Source: Actinomycetota bacterium (GTDB taxonomy: Bacteria > Actinomycetota > UBA4738 > JBJMLN01). From it: a stretch of 42,617 bases of DNA. Below are positions 17,197 to 24,682 of the stretch, piece by piece (position 1 is the stretch's first letter; each line of letters starts with the position of its first letter). The notes below the pieces were generated by a model. It was not told the origin of the DNA. It searched no databases and worked only from the letters and a program-made list of their open reading frames with translations. The stretch is from the NCBI GenBank assembly GCA_045805245.1, contig JBJMLP010000226.1, forward strand, positions 1 to 42,617. Direction: 5' to 3'. A program made the translations under genes and the position numbers.

Positions 17197-17672
17197 TGGA
17201 TTTCGCGATCCGCGACGCGCACGTGCGCGATTGGCCGGCGGTCGCGGGATTGCTCGTCGAGCTCGGCCGCGACGTGCCGGAGTCCGCGACGACCAACCCC
17301 TCCCACGTGATCCATTTCGGCGGTCATCTCGCCCGGCGGGAGTGCGTCACGATCGTCGCCGACGCACGAGCCTCCCTGCTGGGGTTCCTCGACATGGAGT
17401 ACCGCCAGCGCCTCGGCCACCACCGGCCGCAGGCATGGGTGAACGACCTCGTCGTGACGGAGAGCGCGCGGAGCCGCGGAGTGGGCAAAGCCCTGCTGGA
17501 CCGCGCGGAGGAGCTCGCGCGAACGCGCGGGTGCTTCCGGATGTCGCTCGAGACCGCGGCTTGGAGGGACCGGACACAGGCCTTCTACCGGCGGGAGGAT
17601 TGGATCGACTACGGCACGTGGTTCATCAAGGTGCTCGACCCGAACTGGAAGCCGCGCAGCGCGGCGCAGTAG
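17196..17672 (+). CDS. GNAT family N-acetyltransferase (~158 aa)
   Basis: Starts MDFAIRDAHVRDWPAVAGLL. The acetyl-CoA motif is VVTESARSRGVGKALLDRAEELAR. Its ATG at 17196 shares one nucleotide with the previous stop. Confidence 0.85.
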   Translation: MDFAIRDAHVRDWPAVAGLLVELGRDVPESATTNPSHVIHFGGHLARRECVTIVADARASLLGFLDMEYRQRLGHHRPQAWVNDLVVTESARSRGVGKALLDRAEELARTRGCFRMSLETAAWRDRTQAFYRREDWIDYGTWFIKVLDPNWKPRSAAQ

Positions 17673-17692
17673 ACCTGCCACACTGCGAGTGG

Positions 17693-17779
17693 ATGTTCAA
17701 TATCGGCGTTCCCGAGGTCGTGATCATCCTCGTCGTCGTTGCCGTCGTCTGGCTGTTGGTGCGCCGGAGCCGGAGGTAG
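17693..17779 (+). CDS. Possible 28-aa membrane microprotein with a TatA-like N-terminus
   Basis: ATG at 17693 gives MFNIGVPEVVIILVVVAVVWLLVRRSRR. It resembles the TatA/E N-terminal TM helix but lacks the FG hinge and amphipathic helix. There is no clear SD. It is squeezed between the GNAT stop and the asd stop. Confidence 0.3.
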   Translation: MFNIGVPEVVIILVVVAVVWLLVRRSRR

Positions 17780-17781
17780 CC

Positions 17782-18807
17782 TCAGCGCGCGAACAGGTGC
17801 TCGGCGATCTGGACGGCGTTCAGCGCCGCGCCTTTCCTGAGATTGTCGCCGCACGCGAACAGGAGCAGCGTCTCCGGCCGCTCGGGCGCCTGCCGGATCC
17901 GCCCGACCAGCACGTCGTCCCGACCGGCCGACTCCAGCGGACTCGGATAGACACCCGCGGCCGGATCGTCCATGACCTCCACACCGGCCGCGTCTCGGAG
18001 GAGCTCCCGCGCCTCGTCCGGCGCGATCGGACGGGAGAACGTCGCCGCCATCGAGACCGCATGCCCGACGGGAACCGGAACCCGCACGGCCGTCGCCCAC
18101 ACCTCCAGGTCCGGCACGCCGAGGATCTTCCGCGGCTCGGCCATCATCTTGAGCTCCTCGCCGGTGTAGCCGCCGTCGGAGAAGTCGGCGATCTTCGCGA
18201 CGACGTTGTAGGCGATCGTCTTTCCGAACACCTCGCCGGAGGGCATCGAGCTCCAGTCGGCGTGACCCATCTCCTCCTCCGACCCGTGGAGCTTCTCGAT
18301 CTGCTCCGCGAGCTCGCGGATGCCTTTCTGACCGGCACCCGACACCGACTGGTAGGAGGAGAGCACGAGCGATCGAAGTCCCGCCGCGCGGTGGAGCGGG
18401 CCCACCGGCATCATCGCCGTGATCGTCGTGCAGTTCGCCACGGCGATGACCTTCGGAGAGCGCTCGAGCGACTCCGGATTGATCTCCGGGATCGCGAGCG
18501 GCACGTCCGGATCCATCCGGAAGGCCGAGGAGTTGTCGATGCAGACGGTTCCGGATGCGGCCGCCGAAGGGATGAACTCCCTCGATACGGTCGCGCCCGC
18601 GGAGACGAGCGCGAGATCCGCCGACGCCAGCGCCTCGGGCGTCAGCGCCTCCACGCGAACCTCGCCGCCGCGGAACGGCAACGCCTTCCCCTGCGATCGT
18701 GGAGAGGCAAGCGGCACAAGCTCATCCAGCGGGAACGAGCGCTCCTCCAGGATGCGGATCATCTCCCGCCCGACGGCTCCGGTCGCACCGACGACGGCTA
18801 CACGCAT
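17782..18807 (-). CDS. asd: Aspartate-semialdehyde dehydrogenase
   Basis: MRVAVVGATGAVG, the active-site stretch VANCTTI, SGAGQKG, and GDNLRKGAALNAVQIAE at the C-terminus. Confidence 0.95.
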   Translation of the reverse strand: MRVAVVGATGAVGREMIRILEERSFPLDELVPLASPRSQGKALPFRGGEVRVEALTPEALASADLALVSAGATVSREFIPSAAASGTVCIDNSSAFRMDPDVPLAIPEINPESLERSPKVIAVANCTTITAMMPVGPLHRAAGLRSLVLSSYQSVSGAGQKGIRELAEQIEKLHGSEEEMGHADWSSMPSGEVFGKTIAYNVVAKIADFSDGGYTGEELKMMAEPRKILGVPDLEVWATAVRVPVPVGHAVSMAATFSRPIAPDEARELLRDAAGVEVMDDPAAGVYPSPLESAGRDDVLVGRIRQAPERPETLLLFACGDNLRKGAALNAVQIAEHLFAR

Positions 18808-18817
18808 GGTGGCTCGC

Positions 18818-19339
18818 TCATCCCGATACCCCCGACGGCTTCGCGGAGGGCTCCCGATCCGCTTCCGAGGCGAGCTCGAACCGTTCGTGGATCACACGGA
18901 CGGCGTCGTCGGCCTGCTCCGCGCGGATCACGCACGACACCCGGATCGAGCTCGTGGAGATCATCTCGATGTTGATGCCCTTCGACGCCATCGCGTCGAA
19001 CATGTCGGCAGCGATGCCCGGGTGGCTCCGCATGCCGGCTCCGACCAGGGAGACCTTCGCGATCCGGTCGTCCGCCGTGAAGCCGGCAGCGCCGACGCCC
19101 TCCACCACGCGGTCCACGAACGACGCGAGCCCCGGGACGTCGTCTTTCGCGATCGTGAAGGAGAGGTCGGTGGACCCCTCGTGGGAGACGTTCTGCACGA
19201 TCATGTCGACGCTGATGCCCTCTGCGGCGATCGCCTTGAACACCGCGGCCGCCGCGCCCGGACGGTCGGGGACGTTCACGATCGTGATCTTCGCCTCGTT
19301 CCGCTCCAGCGCCACGCCGGAGATGAGAGCGTCTTCCAC
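18818..19339 (-). CDS. lysC: Putative aspartokinase beta subunit from an internal in-frame start
   Basis: In-frame GTG at 19337-19339 (VEDALISGVALERNEAKITI) is preceded by GAGGAGG at 19348-19354 with an 8-nt spacer. The position matches where the Corynebacterium lysC-beta start lies, just before the first ACT domain. Confidence 0.5.
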   Translation of the reverse strand: MEDALISGVALERNEAKITIVNVPDRPGAAAAVFKAIAAEGISVDMIVQNVSHEGSTDLSFTIAKDDVPGLASFVDRVVEGVGAAGFTADDRIAKVSLVGAGMRSHPGIAADMFDAMASKGINIEMISTSSIRVSCVIRAEQADDAVRVIHERFELASEADREPSAKPSGVSG

Positions 19340-20062
19340 GGATCCGACCTCCTCGATCCACGTTCCCTCCTCGCCGTCGAAGGAGGAGCGCACGTGGACG
19401 CGCACACCGTTCCTCCGAGCGTACTCGACGGACCGGAGCTGGAGGACCTTCGCGCCGCTCGCGGCGAGCTCGAGCATCTCCTCGTAGGAGACCTTCGGGA
19501 GGAGGCGCGCGGAGGGCTCCACGCGCGGGTCGGCCGGGTAGACGCCGCGAACGTCCGTGTAGATCTCGCAGAAGTCCGCGTCGAGCGCGGCGGCGAGCGC
19601 GACCGCGGTGGTATCGGAGCCTCCGCGGCCGAGGGTCGTTACGTCCGCGGAGGTGGAGACGCCCTGGAACCCCGCCACGATCACCACGTTGCCGTCTTGG
19701 AGGGACTCACGGATACGACCCGGGCGGATGTCCACGATCTTCGCCCTTCCGTGCTGCGTGTCGGTGATGATCCCTGCCTGCGAGCCGGTGTAGGAGGCCG
19801 CCCGCGAGCCCATCGCGTTGACGGCGATGGCAAGGAGCGACATCGCGATGCGCTCTCCTGCGGTGAGCAGCAGATCGAGCTCCCGCGGCTCGGGAACGAG
19901 GGTGATGTCCTGGGCGAGCGAGAGGAGCTCGTCGGTCGTGTCTCCCATCGCGGAGACGACCACGACGACGTCGTACCCCTCCTCGCGGGCGCCCACGACG
20001 CGACGCGCGACGGCCTGGATCCGGTCGCCGTCGGCAACCGAGGTTCCTCCGTACTTCTGCAC
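18818..20062 (-). CDS. lysC: Aspartokinase (alpha form)
   Basis: VQKYGGTSV, VVVVSAMGDTTDEL and LGRGGSDTTAVALAAAL, plus two ACT domains. The start is set to GTG at 20060-20062 immediately before QKYGGTS. The upstream part of the 544-aa track ORF has no kinase similarity. A CTG at 20072-20074 is an alternative start. Confidence 0.92.
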   Translation of the reverse strand: MQKYGGTSVADGDRIQAVARRVVGAREEGYDVVVVVSAMGDTTDELLSLAQDITLVPEPRELDLLLTAGERIAMSLLAIAVNAMGSRAASYTGSQAGIITDTQHGRAKIVDIRPGRIRESLQDGNVVIVAGFQGVSTSADVTTLGRGGSDTTAVALAAALDADFCEIYTDVRGVYPADPRVEPSARLLPKVSYEEMLELAASGAKVLQLRSVEYARRNGVRVHVRSSFDGEEGTWIEEVGSVEDALISGVALERNEAKITIVNVPDRPGAAAAVFKAIAAEGISVDMIVQNVSHEGSTDLSFTIAKDDVPGLASFVDRVVEGVGAAGFTADDRIAKVSLVGAGMRSHPGIAADMFDAMASKGINIEMISTSSIRVSCVIRAEQADDAVRVIHERFELASEADREPSAKPSGVSG

Positions 20063-20185
20063 GATGACGGGCAGGGGAAGCTCCTGACCAGCGGGTTCGT
20101 CGAGCGTAACAGGCGTCTTCCCGCTGTCACGGAACCGGGGCCTCGCGGCATAGTGGGTCGGGATCCCGCTCTCTCGAGAGGCTGG

Positions 20186-20773
20186 ATGTACGAGGACATC
20201 GAGGATGGCGAGCTGCTCGTGCTGTCCCGCGAGGAGCCGGACGCGTTCGGCGTGCTGTACGAGCGCCACGCGGAGGGCCTCCTCGGGTACTTCGCACGGC
20301 GGACGTTCGACCCCGAGGCCGCTGCGGAGCTCGTCGGCGAGACCTTCGCGGAGGCCTTCGCCTCGCGGCGGCGGTTCCGCGACCAGGGTGGCGGCGCGGC
20401 GGGGTGGCTGTACGGGATCGCGCGGCACCAGCTCGGAAGGTACTTCCGGCACGGGTCGGTGGATTCTCGAGCGCGCAGGAAGCTAGGGCTGCCGGAGCGG
20501 GAGATCTCCGCGGACGACTACGAGCGGATCGAGGAGCTCATCGACTTCGAGCAGGTGGGCAAGGCGATCGCGGAGGCGTTCTCCCTGCTATCGGAGGAGC
20601 AACGCGAGGCGATGACCCTCCGCGTGGTGGAGGGACGGTCGTACCGCGAGGTGGCGGAGCTGCTCCGATGCTCCGAGGAGACGGCCCGCGCGCGGGTCAG
20701 CCGGGGGTTGAAGCGACTGAAGCGGATGCTCGGTACGCCGGGCCAGACGATGGAACTCGGAAGGCAGTCATGA
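20186..20773 (+). CDS. ECF-type RNA polymerase sigma-70 factor
   Basis: The region 2 signature is GWLYGIARHQL. The region 4 HTH is LSEEQREAMTLRVVEGRSYREVAELLRCSEETARARVSRGLKRLK. ATG at 20186. Confidence 0.88.
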   Translation: MYEDIEDGELLVLSREEPDAFGVLYERHAEGLLGYFARRTFDPEAAAELVGETFAEAFASRRRFRDQGGGAAGWLYGIARHQLGRYFRHGSVDSRARRKLGLPEREISADDYERIEELIDFEQVGKAIAEAFSLLSEEQREAMTLRVVEGRSYREVAELLRCSEETARARVSRGLKRLKRMLGTPGQTMELGRQS

Positions 20774-21918
20774 ACACGCAGATCGACTATCTGGAGGAGC
20801 TGCGCGAGGACCTCCTCAGCGCTGCGTGGCGGGAGGCGGACCGCGCACCGGCGCGCCGACGGTTCTCGCGAACGCGACGTCTCTCGCGCGGGAATCTGAT
20901 CGCCGCGTGCTTGGCAACTGTCCTCGTCTTGAGCGCCGGCGTCGGCTGGATCGCGCTCGGAGGCGACCACACGCCAACTCTGCTGCGGCCGCAGAGCGAC
21001 ATGCTTCAAAAGACACTGAAAGAAAGAGCATCAGAGAATCAGCAACTCCACGACGCCGCGGGCGCGGAACCGGCGCCGTCAGTTCCTCCATCCGATCAGT
21101 CCTCTCACGTCGGGGCGGCCTACACCACTGGAGGAGCGGCGACCGCCGGAGCGGAGAAGGCGGTCGGAGCACAAGGCGATGGCGCAGACAAGGGGTCGGG
21201 TGCCGCCGCTGCCGGCGCGGAGACAAGTGCGCCGGCAGCCGATTTCACCCGGATCATCAAGACCGCGCAGGTCGGTCTCGTCGTCCTCACAACGGCAAGC
21301 CTCGAAGATCGGTTCGATGCCGCCCGGAGCGTCGCGCATCGGAACGGCGGGTTCGTAACGAAGTCCTCCATCCAGCCCGGCACGACGGGAGAGATTGTCA
21401 TCCGCGTTCCCGCACGCAACTTCGACGCGACGATCACCTCGCTGGAGAAGCTCGGGAGCCTCGAGCACGAGTCGATCAACGGCCAGGACGTCACATCGCA
21501 GTTCGTCGATCTGCAGGCCCGGCTTTCGATCGCGCAGACGCATCGAGACGTGCTTGAGAAGCTCCTCGCGAAGGCGCACTCGCCCGAGCAGATCGTGCGG
21601 ATGCAGAACCTTCTCGACGACGCGCAGCTTAAGGTCGAGCAGCTTCAAGGCGAGATCCGCCTCATCAAGAACCAGACGAGCAAGGCGACGATCGATCTCT
21701 CGATGCGGATGGCAGGTGTTGCGCTCCCGCTGCATGGAGAAGTGAAACACCCCGGACTCGGAAGCGCATGGGCGCACGCCATCGCGGGCTTCTTCGGAGT
21801 CGTCTTCGCGGTCGTGGTGGGGCTCGGCTACCTCGTGCCGATCGCAGTGATCCTCGTCATCGCCTGGCTCGTGTTTCGCCGGGTCCGACGTCGCGAGTCC
21901 GCGCTAGTCGACGACTGA
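20770..21918 (+). CDS. Membrane protein, putative anti-sigma factor with DUF4349-like extracytoplasmic domain
   Basis: Its ATG at 20770 overlaps the sigma-factor stop (ATGA). It has a TM helix (LIAACLATVLVLSAGVGWIAL), an Ala/Gly-rich linker, a coiled-coil-like region (DLQARLSIAQTHRDVLEKLL...LKVEQLQGEIRLIKNQ) and a C-terminal TM pair. No HxxxCxxC zinc motif is present. Confidence 0.65.
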   Translation: MNTQIDYLEELREDLLSAAWREADRAPARRRFSRTRRLSRGNLIAACLATVLVLSAGVGWIALGGDHTPTLLRPQSDMLQKTLKERASENQQLHDAAGAEPAPSVPPSDQSSHVGAAYTTGGAATAGAEKAVGAQGDGADKGSGAAAAGAETSAPAADFTRIIKTAQVGLVVLTTASLEDRFDAARSVAHRNGGFVTKSSIQPGTTGEIVIRVPARNFDATITSLEKLGSLEHESINGQDVTSQFVDLQARLSIAQTHRDVLEKLLAKAHSPEQIVRMQNLLDDAQLKVEQLQGEIRLIKNQTSKATIDLSMRMAGVALPLHGEVKHPGLGSAWAHAIAGFFGVVFAVVVGLGYLVPIAVILVIAWLVFRRVRRRESALVDD

Positions 21919-21936
21919 TCGGCCGGGGAGAAGTCG

Positions 21937-22530
21937 CTACATCTCCCGACGGCCCTCCAGCGCCTGGGAGAGAGTGACCTCGTCGGCGTACTCGAGATCT
22001 CCACCGACCGGGAGGCCGCTCGCCAACCTCGTGACGGATACACCGAGCGGCTTCAGCAGCGCCGCGACATACATCGCGGTCGCGTTTCCCTCAAGGTTCG
22101 GATTGGTCGCGAGGATGACCTCCTTGACGCCGTTCCGCTCCACCCGATCGAGGAGCTGCTGCACACGCAGGTCGTCGGGTCCGATCCCGTCCAACGGAGA
22201 GATCGCGCCGCCGAGCACGTGGTACCGGCCCTTGATGACGCCGGCTTTCTCCACGGTCGCCGCGTCCTTCGGCTCCTCGACGACGCAGATCACCGTCGGA
22301 TCCCGGGTGGGATCGCGGCAGATGCGGCAGAGCTCGCCCTCCGCGACGTTTCCACATTCGCGGCAGAAGAAGATCTTCTCCTTCGCGTCGAGCAGCGCTT
22401 CCGCGAGCCGCTTCGCCTCGTCGGCAGGCGCCTTCACGATGTAGAACGCGAGCCGTTGCGCCGACTTGGGGCCGACTCCGGGGAGCCGCGACAGCTCGTC
22501 GATCAACTGTTGGATCGGGCCCTCGTACAC
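21937..22530 (-). CDS. recR: Recombination protein RecR
   Basis: [24 protein letters not shown] (HhH), [16 protein letters not shown] (Zn finger) and a Toprim region. The GTG start directly abuts the dnaX stop. Confidence 0.95.
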   Translation of the reverse strand: MYEGPIQQLIDELSRLPGVGPKSAQRLAFYIVKAPADEAKRLAEALLDAKEKIFFCRECGNVAEGELCRICRDPTRDPTVICVVEEPKDAATVEKAGVIKGRYHVLGGAISPLDGIGPDDLRVQQLLDRVERNGVKEVILATNPNLEGNATAMYVAALLKPLGVSVTRLASGLPVGGDLEYADEVTLSQALEGRREM

Positions 22531-24300
22531 CTATGAGCCCTCGGGAGCGGGCAGGTCGGAGGCGCCGAGCTCCGCGCGCATGCGCGCGATTACCTCCTCC
22601 TCGGACAGCGGGTCCTCGTCGTCGTCCACCACCGGGGGACCCGCGACGGGCTCACGAACGATGCACGCGATCTTCGGGGAGATGCCGAACAGCTCCTGAA
22701 GCGCGCCCTGGAGCTCCTCCTCCTTGGCCTCCACCTTCGCGACGATGAAGCGCTGATCGGGCGGGAACGCGAGCTGCAGCGTCGTGCCGTCGTAGGCGAC
22801 CGGCGTCGCGAGTTCGAGCGAGGCCTTCAACACGGGCTTGTGCGCCGACCAGAGGTTGTCGATCAGCGTCTTCCAGGAACGGCGGAGCATCTCCACGTCA
22901 ACGTTCGGAGAGCCGTCCGCCGATTGAGCGAGAGGCGTCGCCGGCGCCGACGCCATGGAGACCTCGTTCTCCTCGGCCTCGGGAATCTCGACGGGGGGCT
23001 CCTCCGCGGCGGCTTTCTTGGAGGACTTCTTCGCAGGCTTCTTCGGCTCGGGCTCCGCCTCGGGCTTCGCGGCGGCAGGGGGCTGCGGAAGCGGCGCGGG
23101 GGCCGGAGGCGCCTCCGTTCCGGCCGCCGACCCCGTGGGAACGCCGGCGAGCCGCTCCAGCCGCTCGATCCGCGAGAACAGCGCCTGCGGGGTGGGATCC
23201 GCTTCCGGAACCGTCGCGCGGATCAGCGCGAGCTCGAGCGTCAGCCGTGGCGAGGTCGTCCAGCGCATGTCCTCCTGCGCCTTCAACAGCAGACCGATCA
23301 CGCGAGAGATCTCCGCCGTGGAGAGCTTCGCCGCCTGCGCGCGGATGCGTTCGTACTCCTCGGGCGTCGTGTCGGTGAGGTCCTCCTGACCGGGAGCGGC
23401 GTTGACGAGCAGCAGGTTCCGAAGGTGCGTGAGCATCTCGGTGTTGACCTGGCGGAGATCGAGCCCGGCCTCGACGAGCCGCTGCACGACCGCGAACACC
23501 GCCTTCCCGTCGCCGACCGCGATCGCGTCGACGAGCTCGTACTGCGCCTCGCCGCGCGGAGCGCCGAGGAGCGACGCGAGCACCTCCTCGGTGATCTCCC
23601 CGGAACCCAGGAGCGATGCCTGGTCGAGGAGCGAGAGCGCGTCACGGAACGAGCCCTCCGACTGGCGCGCCATCGCCGCGGCGGCCTCCGCGGAAAGCGC
23701 GATGTGTTCCTCCTTCGCGATCCGCTGGAGGTGGTCAGCCACGAGGTGCGTGGAGCCGCGACGGAAATCGAACCGCTGACACCGGCCGACGATCGTCGCC
23801 GGCATCTTGTGCGGCTCCGTCGTAGCGAGCACGAATCGAACGCCCGCCGGGGGCTCCTCGAAGACCTTCAGCAACGCGTCGAACGCCTCGCGGGAGAGCC
23901 GCTGCGCCTCGTCGATGATGTAGACCTTCTCGCGTCCCTGCACGGGAGAAGTCGGCGCCTTCTCCCGAAGGTCGCGCGCGTCGTCGACACCGCCGTGCGA
24001 GGCCGCGTCGATCTCCACGACGTCGAGATGCGTACCCTCGCGGATCGTGACGCACTGCTCGCAGACGCCGCAGGGCTCGGGCGTCGGACCTTTCTCGCAG
24101 TTGACCATCTTCGCGAGGATCCGCGCGGTGGAGGTCTTTCCGGTTCCGCGCGGGCCGGTGAAGAGGAAAGCGTGCGCGAGGCGGTTCTCGCTCACCGCTC
24201 CCATCAGAGCGCGAACGACGTGCTCCTGCCCGAGGATCTCCTCGGGACCCTGGGGCCGGTACTTCCGGTACAGCGACTGGTACTCGCGTTCCTCGGCCAA
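22531..24300 (-). CDS. dnaX: DNA polymerase III subunit gamma/tau
   Basis: YRKYRPQ, HAFLFTGPRGTGKTSTARILAK and a Zn module (CGVCEQC). A Pro/Ala/Lys-rich linker and a tau C-terminal domain follow. The track start is TTG at 24298-24300. Confidence 0.93.
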   Translation of the reverse strand: MAEEREYQSLYRKYRPQGPEEILGQEHVVRALMGAVSENRLAHAFLFTGPRGTGKTSTARILAKMVNCEKGPTPEPCGVCEQCVTIREGTHLDVVEIDAASHGGVDDARDLREKAPTSPVQGREKVYIIDEAQRLSREAFDALLKVFEEPPAGVRFVLATTEPHKMPATIVGRCQRFDFRRGSTHLVADHLQRIAKEEHIALSAEAAAAMARQSEGSFRDALSLLDQASLLGSGEITEEVLASLLGAPRGEAQYELVDAIAVGDGKAVFAVVQRLVEAGLDLRQVNTEMLTHLRNLLLVNAAPGQEDLTDTTPEEYERIRAQAAKLSTAEISRVIGLLLKAQEDMRWTTSPRLTLELALIRATVPEADPTPQALFSRIERLERLAGVPTGSAAGTEAPPAPAPLPQPPAAAKPEAEPEPKKPAKKSSKKAAAEEPPVEIPEAEENEVSMASAPATPLAQSADGSPNVDVEMLRRSWKTLIDNLWSAHKPVLKASLELATPVAYDGTTLQLAFPPDQRFIVAKVEAKEEELQGALQELFGISPKIACIVREPVAGPPVVDDDEDPLSEEEVIARMRAELGASDLPAPEGS

Positions 24301-24320
24301 CGCTCCCCTACCTCACGCCC

Positions 24321-24349
24321 GGCGACCGTCCCGGGGAGGACGGCACGCC
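24321..24349 (-). terminator. GC-rich hairpin between ffs and dnaX (possible SRP RNA terminator or processing stem, no U-tract)
   Basis: Forward sequence is ggcgaccgtcc-cgggga-ggacggcacgcc. It forms an ~11-bp stem with one bulge or wobble. Confidence 0.3.
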
Positions 24350-24375
24350 GGACATCGCACGACGGAAGTTCAAAG

Positions 24376-24654
24376 GGTGACCGTGCAGCCCGCCGTTGAC
24401 GTCAGCGAACTCGAGCGCTTCCCCGGTCGGTAGCTCCGGCCAGGCGTCCCTGCGGCACCCACCAGTGCCCGCTTACCGCTGCTTCCTTCCGGACCTGACG
24501 GGGTTCGCAGGTTGGTGTCGCGCAGGACCCGACCATCAACGCTCCGTGCCGGGAGCTGCCTCGGGCCCGCCGGGCCGCGGGCGGGCATTCAGCCCCGCTC
24601 GAGCGGATTGCGGGTACAGGGCACCGCTAGCTCCCCGCCTAGCACGGTCACCGT
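24376..24654 (-). ncRNA. ffs: Signal recognition particle RNA, large (Alu-domain-containing, Bacillus scRNA-like) type, ~280 nt
   Basis: The minus strand contains the invariant domain IV motif GUCAGGUCCGGAAGGAAGCAGC (around 24479-24500). It also has a 5' Alu-domain stretch, CCGUGCUAGGCGGGGAGCUAGCGGUGCCCUGUACCCGCAAUCCGCUCGAGCGGGGCUGAAU. That stretch closely parallels my memory of B. subtilis scRNA. The terminal helix pairs GGUGACCGUGC (24652-24642) perfectly with GCACGGUCACC (24386-24376). The ends are approximate, within a few nt. Confidence 0.85.
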
Positions 24655-24658
24655 GGCG

Positions 24659-24664
24659 AGTATA
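24659..24664 (-). promoter_or_regulatory. -10 element TATACT upstream of ffs
   Basis: Minus-strand TATACT lies 5-7 nt upstream of the predicted 5' end of the SRP RNA terminal helix. No convincing -35 was seen. Confidence 0.45.
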
Positions 24665-24682
24665 CGGCCGGCCCCGGACAGG

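Noticed and set aside
20131-20159. GGAAC at 20131-20135 upstream of the ECF sigma gene, as a possible autoregulated ECF -35 element.
   Set aside because: The nearest GTC-type -10 candidate (20157-20159) is 21 nt away, too far for the usual 16-17 nt ECF spacer. There is no other support.
20063-20185. Possible lysine riboswitch (L-box) or other leader element upstream of aspartokinase.
   Set aside because: Only 123 bp are available, shared with the divergent sigma gene. That is too short for an L-box, and I see none of its conserved helices.
22531-24300. Looked for a dnaX programmed frameshift or transcriptional-slippage site (A-rich heptamer such as A AAA AAG, or a long A run) that would produce a gamma subunit.
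   Set aside because: The Lys-rich linker is encoded by AAG/AAA codons interrupted by GC-rich codons (for example aagaagcctgcgaagaagtcctccaagaaagcc). I saw no run of A longer than three and no slippery heptamer.
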